Shown: positions 1 to 9,442 of the stretch, in pieces
Position numbering within the stretch: the first letter of the stretch is position 1
How the letters are laid out: every line of letters begins with the position of its first letter
Source: Acidimicrobiia bacterium
GTDB taxonomy: Bacteria; Actinomycetota; Acidimicrobiia; Spongiisociales; JAHEDJ01
NCBI GenBank assembly: GCA_035471805.1
Contig: DATIPS010000058.1
Coordinates: 1,533 to 65,532, forward strand
Reading direction: 5' to 3'
DNA: 64,000 bases
The notes under the pieces: model-generated
Told to the model about the DNA's origin: nothing
The model's input: the letters and a program-made list of their open reading frames with translations, nothing else
Database searches by the model: none
Made by a program: the position numbers and the translations under genes

Positions 1-1018
1 GCTCCTGCAGATGGCCGGGAGCCTTGCAAGTTCAGGCAGAAAGGTGTTGGTCGCGACTGCCGAGGAGTCCGAGGATCAGGTGGGGTTGCGGGCCCATCGC
101 CTGGATGTGAGCGACGATGATGTCTTCCTGCTCGCAGAGGAGGATGTCGATACCGTCATTGCGGCAACCGAAGAGCTGCGCCCCGATGTACTGATCGTCG
201 ATTCGATTCAGGCTGTGAGTGTCGCCGAGGTGGGGAGCGGAGCGGGCTCGGTGGCTCAGGTTCGGGAATGCGGCGCTCGTCTCACGAGGTTCGCCAAGAC
301 GCAGGAAGTAGCGGTGGTATTGGTCGGCCATGTCACCAAGGACGGCGGGATAGCCGGGCCCAAGCTGCTCGAACACATGGTTGACGTTGTGTTGTACCTC
401 GAGGGGGAGTCCGACCGGGGTTTGCGGACACTGCGCAGCCTCAAGAACCGATTCGGCGCCACCCATGTAGTTGGGCTCTTCGAAATGGCCACCGGCGGCC
501 TCATCGAGGTTGCCGACCCTTCCGCAGTCTTCCTGGCAGGATGGCGCCATTCGGTGGCGGGATCCGTGGTGGTGCCTGCAGTCCAGGGTCGACGGCCGGT
601 GCTGGTCGAAGTCCAGGCTCTCGTCGCCCCCACGAGGCTCGTCCAGCCGCGCCGCAGCACCCGCGGTTTGGAAGCAGCCCGCCTCCACCAGCTGCTCGCG
701 GTCCTGGCCCGGCATGGGGGTATCCCATTCGACGATCGCGAGGTCTACGTCGGCCTCGTGGGCGGCCTGCGCGTGGTCGAGCCGGCAATCGACGTGCCGG
801 TTGCCCTGGCGCTGGTCTCTTCGCTGCTCGATAGGCCGCTCGGCAAGCTGGCCGCCTGGGGTGAGGTAGGCCTCACCGGAGAGATCAGAGCGGTGCCTCA
901 TGAATCCCGTCGCCGGGAGGAAGCCCAGCGGTTGGGGGTGGAGCGAATAGTCGCTCCTTCCGACGTTGCCTCATTGCCGGAAGCGCTCGAGTGGGCGGCC
1001 CTGACTCCCGGCAGTTGA
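1..1018 (+). CDS. radA: DNA repair protein RadA/Sms, C-terminal part (5' end outside window)
   Basis: ORF 11..1018 translation matches RadA RecA-like/Lon-like C-terminal region (VGHVTKDG, LKNRFG motifs); frame open to window start; followed by disA as in Firmicutes/Actinobacteria. Confidence 0.85.
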   Translation, partial: LLQMAGSLASSGRKVLVATAEESEDQVGLRAHRLDVSDDDVFLLAEEDVDTVIAATEELRPDVLIVDSIQAVSVAEVGSGAGSVAQVRECGARLTRFAKTQEVAVVLVGHVTKDGGIAGPKLLEHMVDVVLYLEGESDRGLRTLRSLKNRFGATHVVGLFEMATGGLIEVADPSAVFLAGWRHSVAGSVVVPAVQGRRPVLVEVQALVAPTRLVQPRRSTRGLEAARLHQLLAVLARHGGIPFDDREVYVGLVGGLRVVEPAIDVPVALALVSSLLDRPLGKLAAWGEVGLTGEIRAVPHESRRREEAQRLGVERIVAPSDVASLPEALEWAALTPGS

Positions 1019-1086
1019 TCGCCGGACTGCTGCGGGTCGACCGTTACCTGCCGCCCCCCCGGCACGTGTAGTACCCTCTGCAGGAA

Positions 1087-2154
1087 ATGTCTGGTCCCGT
1101 CACTCTTCACCAAGTTCTCGAACGCTTGGCACCGGGAACTCCGCTGAGGCAGGCCGTCGAGCGCACCATCCAGCAGCGAAACGGTGCACTCGTCATCCTG
1201 GGTTTCGATGCGAGCGTCGAGGGACTCTGTAGCGGCGGTTTCGAACTCGCCAACTCGGCGTTCACCCCGGCCAAGCTTGCCGAACTGGCGAAGATGGATG
1301 GGGCAATCGTGATGAACAATGCCGGCGATCAGATACTCCGCGCCAACGTGCACCTCTTGCCGGATCCAAAATACGGTACGGATGAGACCGGCGCCCGCCA
1401 TCGGACTGCCGAACGGACCGCCCAGCACACGGGCAAGCCGGTTCTCAGCGTGAGCGAGGATCGTCGTACGGCCACCCTGTTCATCGACGGAACCAAGCAT
1501 GAACTCCTCAGTCCGACTCTTGTGGCCGCCAGTGTCAATCAATCTCTGCAGACTCTCGATCGGTTCCGGAGGCGCCTGGACGACGCAGAAGAGATACTCA
1601 CTCGCTCGGAGATGGCGGATCTCGTCACGTTTCGCACGGTTCTGGCGGTGCTGCAGCGATCTGAGCTGGTGCGGAGGATCGGCCAGGAGATCAAACAGGA
1701 CGCGGTCGGCCTTGGCGAGGAGGGAAGTCTTATCGCCCTCCAGATCGCCGATCTGATTCATGGGGTCGATGAGCTTCGAGAACTCATTCTCGCCGACTAT
1801 GTTCGCCCCAATCGTCGTAGTCGGGTTCTGGGAGCGCTCAGCGACCTCGAAGCTATTCCGACGGTGGATCTGACCAGCGCCGAGGCCGTGGCCCAGGCGC
1901 TCGGCCTGGACCAGCCGGACAACGAGGCGAATGCACGCGGCCTACGGCTCCTGTCACAAGTTCCCAGGCTCCCCGATACTGTCCGCACGGCTCTGGTCAG
2001 GCACTTCCGCAATCTTCAGGGATTGCTCTCTGCTTCGGCGGCCGATCTCGAGCGAGTGGAAGGTGTTGGGGCTGCGCGAGCCGAACAGATCCGGCAGTTC
2101 TTCGATCGGATGCAGGACCGAACACAGATGTGGCAGTCGACCTTCCCCGACTGA
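1087..2154 (+). CDS. disA: DNA integrity scanning protein DisA (diadenylate cyclase)
   Basis: 355 aa; DAC domain plus C-terminal HhH; conserved radA-disA adjacency. Confidence 0.85.
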   Translation: MSGPVTLHQVLERLAPGTPLRQAVERTIQQRNGALVILGFDASVEGLCSGGFELANSAFTPAKLAELAKMDGAIVMNNAGDQILRANVHLLPDPKYGTDETGARHRTAERTAQHTGKPVLSVSEDRRTATLFIDGTKHELLSPTLVAASVNQSLQTLDRFRRRLDDAEEILTRSEMADLVTFRTVLAVLQRSELVRRIGQEIKQDAVGLGEEGSLIALQIADLIHGVDELRELILADYVRPNRRSRVLGALSDLEAIPTVDLTSAEAVAQALGLDQPDNEANARGLRLLSQVPRLPDTVRTALVRHFRNLQGLLSASAADLERVEGVGAARAEQIRQFFDRMQDRTQMWQSTFPD

Positions 2155-2204
2155 CGGGCTGCGGCCGACGCGAGGTACACTGGCTCGCCCCAACGAGAGT
2201 GTCC

Positions 2205-3044
2205 ATGGCAACAAAGAAGACCCCTGCAACTGAAAAGCCTGCCGCCGCTGCCTCGAAGAAGGCGGCCGTTGCCAAGTCCGCAACCAAGACTGCGGCTGCC
2301 AAGAAATCTACAGCCGGGAAGCCGGCGGCGAAGAAGCCCGCGGCGGCCGCCAAACCCGCTGCTTCAAAGAAGACCACCGCCGCCAAGAAGCCCGCCGCCA
2401 AGAAGCCCGCGGCGGCCGCCAAGCCCGCTGCTTCCAAGAAGCCCGCCGCCAAGAAGACGGCGTCCGCCCCAACTCCCGCGGCCAAGCAGGCGGCCGTTGC
2501 TGAAGCTGCGGGCAAGACTGCTGCACCGCGGCGCAGGAAGAAGGCGTCGCCGTTCAGCGTCGGCGACAAGGTAGTCCATCCGCATCACGGAGCTGCCGTG
2601 ATCACCAAGAAGACCAAGCTTGAAGTTGCCGGAGAGAAGCGCGACTATTTCGTCCTGGCGATCGCCACCGACCAGCTCACCGTCTCCGTCCCCATCGACA
2701 ATATCGAGGAGACCATTCGGCCGGTCATCTCCAAAGCTGCCGCCAAGCGAGTCTTTCAGCTCTTCAAGGACGACCCGCAGGAGGCCGGAAGTAACTGGTC
2801 GCGTTGGTACAAGGTCCTGAACGAGAAGATGACGAGTGGCGACATTTACCAGGTTGCCGAAGTCGTCAGGGACCTGACGTTCGCCCAGCAGACGAAAGGC
2901 ATCTCGCCCGCACTCAAGCGCATGCTGAGCAAGGCCCGGCTCACCCTCACGAGCGAGCTCCAGTTCGCGCTGGCCATCGACGAAGAAGAGGCAACCAAGA
3001 GGCTCGACAGGGCGCTTCCCAAAGTAGAGATCGAAGAAAGTTAG
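2205..3044 (+). CDS. carD: CarD-family RNAP-binding transcription regulator with ~110-aa N-terminal Lys/Ala/Pro-rich histone-H1-like tail
   Basis: C-terminal ~165 aa match CarD (FSVGDKVVHPHHGAAVI... RNAP-interacting domain). No start codon between the KAP tail and the CarD core, so the tail is fused. Start chosen at ATG 2205 (MATKKTPATEK); in-frame ATG at 2130 lies inside disA. Confidence 0.8.
   Translation: MATKKTPATEKPAAAASKKAAVAKSATKTAAAKKSTAGKPAAKKPAAAAKPAASKKTTAAKKPAAKKPAAAAKPAASKKPAAKKTASAPTPAAKQAAVAEAAGKTAAPRRRKKASPFSVGDKVVHPHHGAAVITKKTKLEVAGEKRDYFVLAIATDQLTVSVPIDNIEETIRPVISKAAAKRVFQLFKDDPQEAGSNWSRWYKVLNEKMTSGDIYQVAEVVRDLTFAQQTKGISPALKRMLSKARLTLTSELQFALAIDEEEATKRLDRALPKVEIEES
2331..2468 (+). 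repeat. 69-nt tandem direct repeat (2 units, ~95% identical) inside carD 5' region encoding AAKKPAAKKPAAAAKPAASKK units
   Basis: aagaagcccgcggcggccgccaa(a/g)cccgctgcttc(a/c)aagaag at 2331 and again at 2400; coding, not CRISPR. Confidence 0.6.
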
Positions 3045-3055
3045 GGAGGGCCGCT

Positions 3056-4120
3056 GTGGTCGTTGAGGCCGTTCGCCTGCTGATCACGTTGGTCTTGACC
3101 GCCGTCGGTTTCCAGCTCGGAGATGCCCTTTCCGACCGTTATCCGGAAGCTTTTGGGTTGTCGGATACGGCGTCCGTGGTCGGTGCAGTCCTGGGGGCCG
3201 GAGTCGGCTATGTAGGCGGCGGGATATTCGGCCGCGCCTTTCGAGTCCGCCTCGAGGTAGCGCCGGAGCGATTGGTGGCACGGGTTTCCGGACCGAGCCT
3301 CTTTGCGGGGGCATTCGGGGTGGTAGCCGGCTTGCTCGTGGGGATTGTCATCTCGATTCCCGTCGTCCTGCTTCTTCCCCCGGCGATCGGCTGGCCGCTG
3401 GCGGCTCTCGCCGTACTGCTGCTCATCCTGATAGCCGTCCGGGTCTTCATGGCGCGAGCCGAGGATCTGCTCGCGGTAGCGGGTCTGCGCAGCCGGGGGC
3501 CTCTGCGGGCCGTCACTCTCGAGGAGGATGAGCGGGCACATCTGATCGACTCTTCGGCGGCCATCGACGGCCGCCTGCTGGCGCTCGTCCAAACCGGCCT
3601 GGTGGAAGGCCGATTGTGGGTCCCGGCTTTCGTCGTCGACGAGCTGCAGGGTCTCGCCGATGCCGGTGACGCCGGTCTGCGGCGACGCGGGCGTCGGGGA
3701 CTCGAGGCACTCGAAGCGCTGCACAGCGCTACGCCCGAGTTCATGGTTCTCGAAGAGACCGTGCCCGAGTTCGACGAGGTCGACGCCAAACTGCTCCAAC
3801 TCGCTTCCAGGGCCGGCGCCCGCCTGGTCACAACGGACTACAACCTTTCGAAGGCGGCGGAACTGCGCGGCATAGTCGTTCTCAATCCGAGCGTTGTGGG
3901 GGAGAAGCTGAAGCCGATCGTCAGCACCGGGGAGACTCTCACCGTGACCATCTCCAAGCCCGGCAAGGGAGCCGGGCAAGGTATCGCCTATCTGGACGAC
4001 GGGACGATGGTGGTTGTGGAGGAGGCAGGCAGCCTGGTAGGCCATGACATCGAGGTGGTGGTGACCAGTACTACGAGGACGGCAGTGGGCCGGATGTTGT
4101 TTGCCCGCCCCGCTTCATGA
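3056..4120 (+). CDS. PIN/TRAM domain membrane protein (YacL-like)
   Basis: GTG start 6 nt after GGGAGG RBS; N-terminal TM helices, PIN-like middle, C-terminal TRAM (GETLTVTISKPGKGAGQGIAYLDDGTMVVVE); same position as yacL between disA and ispD in Bacillus. Confidence 0.75.
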   Translation: MVVEAVRLLITLVLTAVGFQLGDALSDRYPEAFGLSDTASVVGAVLGAGVGYVGGGIFGRAFRVRLEVAPERLVARVSGPSLFAGAFGVVAGLLVGIVISIPVVLLLPPAIGWPLAALAVLLLILIAVRVFMARAEDLLAVAGLRSRGPLRAVTLEEDERAHLIDSSAAIDGRLLALVQTGLVEGRLWVPAFVVDELQGLADAGDAGLRRRGRRGLEALEALHSATPEFMVLEETVPEFDEVDAKLLQLASRAGARLVTTDYNLSKAAELRGIVVLNPSVVGEKLKPIVSTGETLTVTISKPGKGAGQGIAYLDDGTMVVVEEAGSLVGHDIEVVVTSTTRTAVGRMLFARPAS

Positions 4121-4722
4121 GCATCTCAGGAATCGTCGTTGCCGCAGGTTCAGGGCGTCGGTTCGGCGCCATGAAGCAACATGTGGAACTCGACGGTGTG
4201 CCGGTGTGGCAGTGGGCGCGAAGGGCACTGATCGAGGGCGGTGTCGATGAAGTCGTCGTCGTCGGTCCGGTCGAGGGCGGCATTCCCGGTGGCTTGCGCC
4301 GGCGCGACTCGGTGGCGGCCGGTCTCGGCGAGATTTCCGATCAGGCGACTTTCGTTCTCGTGCATGATGCGGCGCGGCCGCTGGCGAGCCCCGACTTGGT
4401 AGATCGAGTCATCAAACGTCTGCAGGAAGGGGATGTCGACGGAGTTGTTCCGGTTGTTCCAGTCCGGGACACACTGAAAGAAGTCTCCGGGCAAGACATC
4501 GTCCGCACCGTCGACCGTTTGAACCTGGTCACCGCACAGACACCCCAGGGTTTCCGCGTCTCGACGCTCGCCCGAGCACACGCATCGATCACTGCAGATG
4601 CCAGCGACGACGCGTCGATGGTCGAAGCCGCAGGGGGCACCGTGGCCTGGGTTGCCGGCGATCCGGGTAATTTGAAACTGACATTTCCAGAGGACCTGAA
4701 GGTTCTGGAGGCCCTGTTGTGA
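4117..4722 (+). CDS. ispD: 2-C-methyl-D-erythritol 4-phosphate cytidylyltransferase
   Basis: IVVAAGSGRRFG... motif; ATGA overlap with upstream gene. Confidence 0.85.
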   Translation: MSISGIVVAAGSGRRFGAMKQHVELDGVPVWQWARRALIEGGVDEVVVVGPVEGGIPGGLRRRDSVAAGLGEISDQATFVLVHDAARPLASPDLVDRVIKRLQEGDVDGVVPVVPVRDTLKEVSGQDIVRTVDRLNLVTAQTPQGFRVSTLARAHASITADASDDASMVEAAGGTVAWVAGDPGNLKLTFPEDLKVLEALL

Positions 4723-5198
4723 GCAGTGTCGGCTGGGGCTACGACGTTCATGCGTTTGGTGGGCTCGGACCGCTGGTACTGGCCGGAGTGATCATCGATC
4801 CGGATCGAGGATTGGCCGGGACATCCGATGCGGACGTCGTGGCGCACGCCGTTTGTGATGCGCTTCTCGGTGCGGCCGCATTGGGTGATCTGGGGCAGCT
4901 CTTCCCGTCATCCGACCCCCGGTGGCTGGGGGCAGATTCGATGGCCTTGCTGGGCGATGTGGTCGGCCGCTTTGTCGGCGCCGGGTTCGCCGTCTTGCAT
5001 CTCGATGTGTCCGTGGTTGCGGAGCGGGTTCGAATCGCGCCGTATCGGACTGCCATGCGAGAGCGTCTGGCCGCCGCTTTGGAAGTCGGAATCGACAGGG
5101 TCTCTGTCAAAGCGACAACCACAGACGGCCTCGGTTTCGTGGGCCGCGATGAGGGACTTGCCGCAGTGGCGGTGGTGACCGCCTCGGGACCCGCCTAG
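4719..5198 (+). CDS. ispF: 2-C-methyl-D-erythritol 2,4-cyclodiphosphate synthase
   Basis: GWGYDVHAF... SDADVV.HA..DALLGA motifs; GTGA overlap with ispD. Confidence 0.85.
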   Translation: MSSVGWGYDVHAFGGLGPLVLAGVIIDPDRGLAGTSDADVVAHAVCDALLGAAALGDLGQLFPSSDPRWLGADSMALLGDVVGRFVGAGFAVLHLDVSVVAERVRIAPYRTAMRERLAAALEVGIDRVSVKATTTDGLGFVGRDEGLAAVAVVTASGPA

Positions 5199-5211
5199 CA
5201 TCCGGTCCCGC

Positions 5212-6612
5212 ATGCAGTTCTTCAACACACTCGGACGGACCATGGAGACGTTCGTTCCTCGCGATCCGGGCAAGGTTTCGATGTATGTGTGCGGTCCCAC
5301 AGTGCAATCCGAGCCCCACCTTGGCCATGGGCGGGCGGCTGTGGCGTTCGATGTGATTCGCCGCTATTTGAGGTGGCGGGGGTTCGAGGTGACTCATGTC
5401 CAGAATGTCACCGACATCGAAGACAAGATCATCGCCGCGGCAAACGAACGCGGGGTGCCGGTAGCCGACCTCGCCGCGGAGATGACCGCGCGCTTTGATG
5501 CCGCGTATCGCAGCCTCGGGGTCGAACGACCCGACATAGAGCCCCGGGCAACAGAGCATATAGACCAGATGCTCGACCTGATCTCAACTCTCGTCGAGCG
5601 TGGCCTGGCGTATTCCGCCGGCGCCGACGTCTACTTCGCAGTCCGATCCCTGCCCGGGTACGGGAAGCTCTCCGGAAGAAACCTGGACGACCTTCTGGCG
5701 GGTGCACGTGTCGCAGTGGGTGAGGACAAGCGAGACCCTCTCGACTTCGCATTGTGGAAGGGAGCGAAAGAGGGGGAACCCCGGTGGGATTCTCCTTGGG
5801 GTCCGGGTCGACCCGGCTGGCACATCGAGTGCTCGGCGATGGCGGCCGAGTATCTGGGCGACGGCTTCGACATCCACGGTGGGGGAGTGGACCTGATATT
5901 CCCGCATCACGAGAACGAGATCGCTCAATCTGAGGGTGCAGGGGCAGCCTCTTTCGCCCGCTACTGGTTGCACAACGAGATGCTGAACCTCGGTGGAGAG
6001 AAGATGGCCAAGTCCACCGGCCACGTCATCGACCTCGCCACGGCCATCAGTCTGTTCGGGGGGCCAACGGTCCGGCTTTTCTACCTGCGCGCTCACTATC
6101 GGTCTCCGCTCGAGTACTCGGAGCAACTGCTGAAGGACGCCGGAGCTTCGCTGGAGCGGTTGCAGGCTTTCCACCGTCGTTCTGTCGTCAGTGAGTCTCC
6201 GGCGGACCCGCAGCTGATGGGGCGGTTCACCGCGGCGATGGACGATGACTTCAACACCCCGGACGCGCTCGCCGTCGTCTTCGAGGCGGTGAAAGAGGGG
6301 AACCGCCGGCTCGACGAGGACCTCGATGCCGGTCCGGCGATCACGGCGTTTTCCTCGATGATCGCCGTCCTCGGCCTGGATCTGACGGGCACGGTTGGTG
6401 ATGATCTGGGCGGGCCGCTCGGGGCGATCGCCGACCGATTCGGTGTCAAAGGCTCCTCGACCGACGAGATCATCGCCGGTCTGCTGGCATTGCGAGCACG
6501 GGCGAGGGATGAGCGGGACTGGGCGACCTCGGACGGCATTCGCGACGATCTGGCCGATATCGGAGTGATTGTGGAGGACGGGGTCGATGGTGCCCGCTGG
6601 CATCGGGGATAG
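5212..6612 (+). CDS. cysS: cysteine--tRNA ligase
   Basis: HLGHGR (HIGH-type) and KMAKSTG (KMSKS) class I motifs; 466 aa. Confidence 0.9.
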   Translation: MQFFNTLGRTMETFVPRDPGKVSMYVCGPTVQSEPHLGHGRAAVAFDVIRRYLRWRGFEVTHVQNVTDIEDKIIAAANERGVPVADLAAEMTARFDAAYRSLGVERPDIEPRATEHIDQMLDLISTLVERGLAYSAGADVYFAVRSLPGYGKLSGRNLDDLLAGARVAVGEDKRDPLDFALWKGAKEGEPRWDSPWGPGRPGWHIECSAMAAEYLGDGFDIHGGGVDLIFPHHENEIAQSEGAGAASFARYWLHNEMLNLGGEKMAKSTGHVIDLATAISLFGGPTVRLFYLRAHYRSPLEYSEQLLKDAGASLERLQAFHRRSVVSESPADPQLMGRFTAAMDDDFNTPDALAVVFEAVKEGNRRLDEDLDAGPAITAFSSMIAVLGLDLTGTVGDDLGGPLGAIADRFGVKGSSTDEIIAGLLALRARARDERDWATSDGIRDDLADIGVIVEDGVDGARWHRG

Positions 6613-7309
6613 CGTCGAAGGAGTTCATGCGGTGCGGGCGGCGCTGGCAGCGGGCCGTGTCGACAAACTGCTGGTCGATCGGCGCCGGCGAGACGACGTC
6701 GACGGCATGGTCGGTACGTCCGCAGTCCCCGTCGAGTTTGTCGACGATATCCGAGCCCACGCGCGGACCGAGGTTCCGCAAGGATTCGTCGCCCGATGTC
6801 GTCCAATCGCAACGGTCTCGCTGGAGGAGGCGATAGGGCTTGCCGATCCGCCGGCTCTGATGGTGCTCGATCACGTGGAGGATCCGCACAATCTCGGGGC
6901 GGTGGCGCGTTCGGCGGGCGCCGCCGGAATACCCGCCCTCGTCGTCGGTGGTCGGAGATCGGCACCCATAGGGGCGGTGGCATTCAAGGCGGCCGCCGGT
7001 GCGCTGGAGCATGTGCGCGTGTGCATCGTCAACTCGATCCCGGACGGAGTGGCGAGATTGAAGAAGGAGGGCGTATGGACCGTCGGGCTGGCCGCGCACG
7101 CGGCGGACAGCCTCTTCGGACTGCCGCTCCTCACCGAACCGGTCGCCATCGTCGCCGGCGCCGAGGGCAAGGGATTGAGCCGGCTCGTGGAACAGCGGGT
7201 CGACGTGCGGGCCTCTATTCCGATGAGCTCCGGTGTCGAAAGCCTCAACGTCTCGGTGGCGGCTGCGCTGGCGATGTTCGAGATCGGCAGAGCGCGCGGA
7301 AGCCTATGA
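6587..7309 (+). CDS. rlmB: TrmH/SpoU-family rRNA 2'-O-methyltransferase (RlmB-like)
   Basis: GVHAVRAAL N-terminus, DHVEDPHNLGAVARSA SpoU motif; start choice 6569/6587 uncertain; follows cysS as in mycobacteria. Confidence 0.75.
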   Translation: MVPAGIGDSVEGVHAVRAALAAGRVDKLLVDRRRRDDVDGMVGTSAVPVEFVDDIRAHARTEVPQGFVARCRPIATVSLEEAIGLADPPALMVLDHVEDPHNLGAVARSAGAAGIPALVVGGRRSAPIGAVAFKAAAGALEHVRVCIVNSIPDGVARLKKEGVWTVGLAAHAADSLFGLPLLTEPVAIVAGAEGKGLSRLVEQRVDVRASIPMSSGVESLNVSVAAALAMFEIGRARGSL

Positions 7310-7411
7310 CGGTATGCGGGTCTGTTTCGGCAGGCCCGTGTCAGTCCGAACACGCGCCTTCTTGAACCAGGAGCGCATGACCCCCACGACTCACTGGTCG
7401 CGCGACCCGAT

Positions 7412-7433
7412 CATGCCGCCGAATCCGGCATGG
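7412..7433. terminator. short GC hairpin between convergent rlmB and sensor-domain gene
   Basis: catgccg-ccgaatc-cggcatg inverted repeat; no U-tract. Confidence 0.25.
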
Positions 7434-7440
7434 TCTGCGG

Positions 7441-8049
7441 TCATTGATGGCTGGGGCCCAGCATCGCCCTGGCGAACTCGCCCCACACTCGTGCCATCCC
7501 GTTGATCGCATGGATCAGCACAAACCCGACCAGAACGGCCAACACTGCCAGCACGATCGCCTCACCCAACGTGTCGATGATCCACACTTCGTCGATCCAT
7601 CCACGACCGTCCAGGAACCAGGATCGCTCGTAGAAGAACGGCGCGGTGACCAGGGCGAATACCGATGCGGTAACGGTGATCATTACAAAGGAAACGATTC
7701 CGAAGACAAACTCGGTGAAGAGGTAGAAGACCCGCTTCCATGTCTCCGAACTCGTCACCAGGGCTTTGACCTTGGGCCACAATCCGCCTTCGACCTCAAG
7801 TCGATGGGCGGCCGGTGTCTCCTGTCCGAGAAGGAGATTGGTGGTGGTCCGTTCGAACTCCCCCATGCCGTAGGCGGCCGCCAGCACCCCAACCAGGATC
7901 GGTATTCCCAGCAAGGTGATGGACAATCCGAAACCGAGCGACAGTCCGGTAACTAGAAATACGAAATAGAAGATGCCGAGCGGGAAGGTCAACAGAAGGT
8001 ATCCGAAGTTTCTCCACGTCTGCGGTTTGGCTACTACATCAAAGAACAC
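7441..8049 (-). CDS. membrane protein with putative sensor domain (pfam13796-like)
   Basis: GTG start preceded by AGGAGG; two TM hairpins WRNFGYLLLTFPLGIFYFVFLV...; upstream 300 codons of the ORF look non-coding (Arg/Pro-rich). Confidence 0.55.
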   Translation of the reverse strand: MFFDVVAKPQTWRNFGYLLLTFPLGIFYFVFLVTGLSLGFGLSITLLGIPILVGVLAAAYGMGEFERTTTNLLLGQETPAAHRLEVEGGLWPKVKALVTSSETWKRVFYLFTEFVFGIVSFVMITVTASVFALVTAPFFYERSWFLDGRGWIDEVWIIDTLGEAIVLAVLAVLVGFVLIHAINGMARVWGEFARAMLGPSHQ

Positions 8050-8290
8050 AGCAAACCTCCTGGCGATCACCCTACGCCGAATACGAACCGCCTGATACGG
8101 GCATGAGGAGACCGGCCGGCAGGAAGCCGCACGTGGCTCGAGGGCCCTACGGCCCTGGTGGCCGCACCATTTACCCTGATATCGTGAAGGAGATCGGCTC
8201 GCCCGGCCCGGCCGATTCATCGGCCGCGGTAAGAGGTGACCGACTTCGGGAACGGGTTCCGGGGCGTATCTAGGTGAGGCGGAGCCGACC

Positions 8291-8992
8291 GTGTGCTTTT
8301 CACCTGAGGCGGATCTCATCGCCGGAGTTGTCATCACCGCCATCGGTGTTGACACGCTCCGCAGCGTCGAGCATCCGGCCGAGCGACCGCTGGCTTCGCT
8401 GCCTTTGATCTTCGGAACTCATCAACTGATTGAATCCCTCGTCTGGTGGGGTGTAGACGGCTGTGTCGGAGAAAGTGTCTCGCAGTGGTCCACCTGGCTC
8501 TATCTGGCCCTTGCGTTCGGCTTGCTTCCCTGGTTCGTTCCATGGGCGGTGCAGCGCATCGAGCCGCGGCCGCGGAGAAGGTCCCTGATGGCGCAACTGG
8601 CGGTGCTCGGAGCTTTCGTCAGCCTCCTCTTGATGTGGGCCATCATCGTCGGGCCGGTCGAAGTCGCCGATGCCGGATACCACCTCGATTACTCGGTATC
8701 CGTCCCCTACGGTGGCTACGTCGTAGCCTTGTATGTGGCCGCCACGTGTGGATCGCTTCTCCTTTCCTCCGACCGGTATTTGGCGATATACGGAGCCGGC
8801 AACCTGCTGGCGGTGAGTGCTCTGTCGGTATTGCTCTTCACGGGAGTCATATCACTCTGGTGTGTGTGGGCTGCGATCACCAGCGCAGCCATCGCGGTGC
8901 ACTTGCGACGGGCCGACTCACAGCGAAACCGGTTTCGAGCGGTCGGGATGAGCGGAGGCGGAAAAGCCTCGCCAAACCGACCCGTCGTCTAG
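8291..8992 (+). CDS. hypothetical polytopic membrane protein
   Basis: 233 aa, ~6 predicted TM helices, GTG start. Confidence 0.5.
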   Translation: MCFSPEADLIAGVVITAIGVDTLRSVEHPAERPLASLPLIFGTHQLIESLVWWGVDGCVGESVSQWSTWLYLALAFGLLPWFVPWAVQRIEPRPRRRSLMAQLAVLGAFVSLLLMWAIIVGPVEVADAGYHLDYSVSVPYGGYVVALYVAATCGSLLLSSDRYLAIYGAGNLLAVSALSVLLFTGVISLWCVWAAITSAAIAVHLRRADSQRNRFRAVGMSGGGKASPNRPVV

Positions 8993-9381
8993 CCGGCGGG
9001 AGCCAGCTTGGCGGGTCGCGGCCGAGGGTGCTCGCAGAGTTCGTAGTAGTTCCCGTCGGGTGCCCTGAAGTAGAACCAGCCGTGCCCATCCCTTCCCCGC
9101 TCGATGCTGGTGAGGCCATCGGCTCCGGCCTTCTCCAGTTCGCGATGGGCGGACTCGATATCGTCCACCCACAGCCCGGCAACCGGCCCTTGGTCGAGCT
9201 GGTCGTGCTCAACCGAATCGGGGCCGAAGAGTTCCAGACGGTCTCCGTTCTCCGCGACGAGTTGCGTGAATCCCGGAACATTCAAAGCGACCCGCAAGCC
9301 CAGGTGTTCGGCAAAGAAGTCGGACGTCGCCTGCCGGTCTTTGGTGGCCGAACCGACCCAGATGATTCCCTTGACCCGCAC
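8989..9381 (-). CDS. VOC/glyoxalase-bleomycin resistance family protein
   Basis: 130 aa, beta-alpha-beta-beta-beta pattern typical of VOC fold. Confidence 0.6.
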   Translation of the reverse strand: MRVKGIIWVGSATKDRQATSDFFAEHLGLRVALNVPGFTQLVAENGDRLELFGPDSVEHDQLDQGPVAGLWVDDIESAHRELEKAGADGLTSIERGRDGHGWFYFRAPDGNYYELCEHPRPRPAKLAPAG

Positions 9382-9442
9382 ATTCCCTCCTCAGATATCG
9401 GAAGCCTACAAGCGGTCGAGCAACTAGATTCGAACTCGGGAG

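Noticed and set aside
2269-2588. Overlapping sense/antisense ORFs (Pro/Arg- or Gly/Leu-rich) across the carD KAP-repeat region; also considered as a possible CRISPR-like repeat
   Set aside because: Only two tandem 69-nt units, continuous with the CarD reading frame and no spacers; alternative frames are repeat artefacts.
7441-8355. Long form (304 aa) of the sensor-domain membrane protein
   Set aside because: N-terminal 100 residues are low-complexity; a GTG with a perfect AGGAGG RBS at 8049 gives a compact two-hairpin membrane protein.
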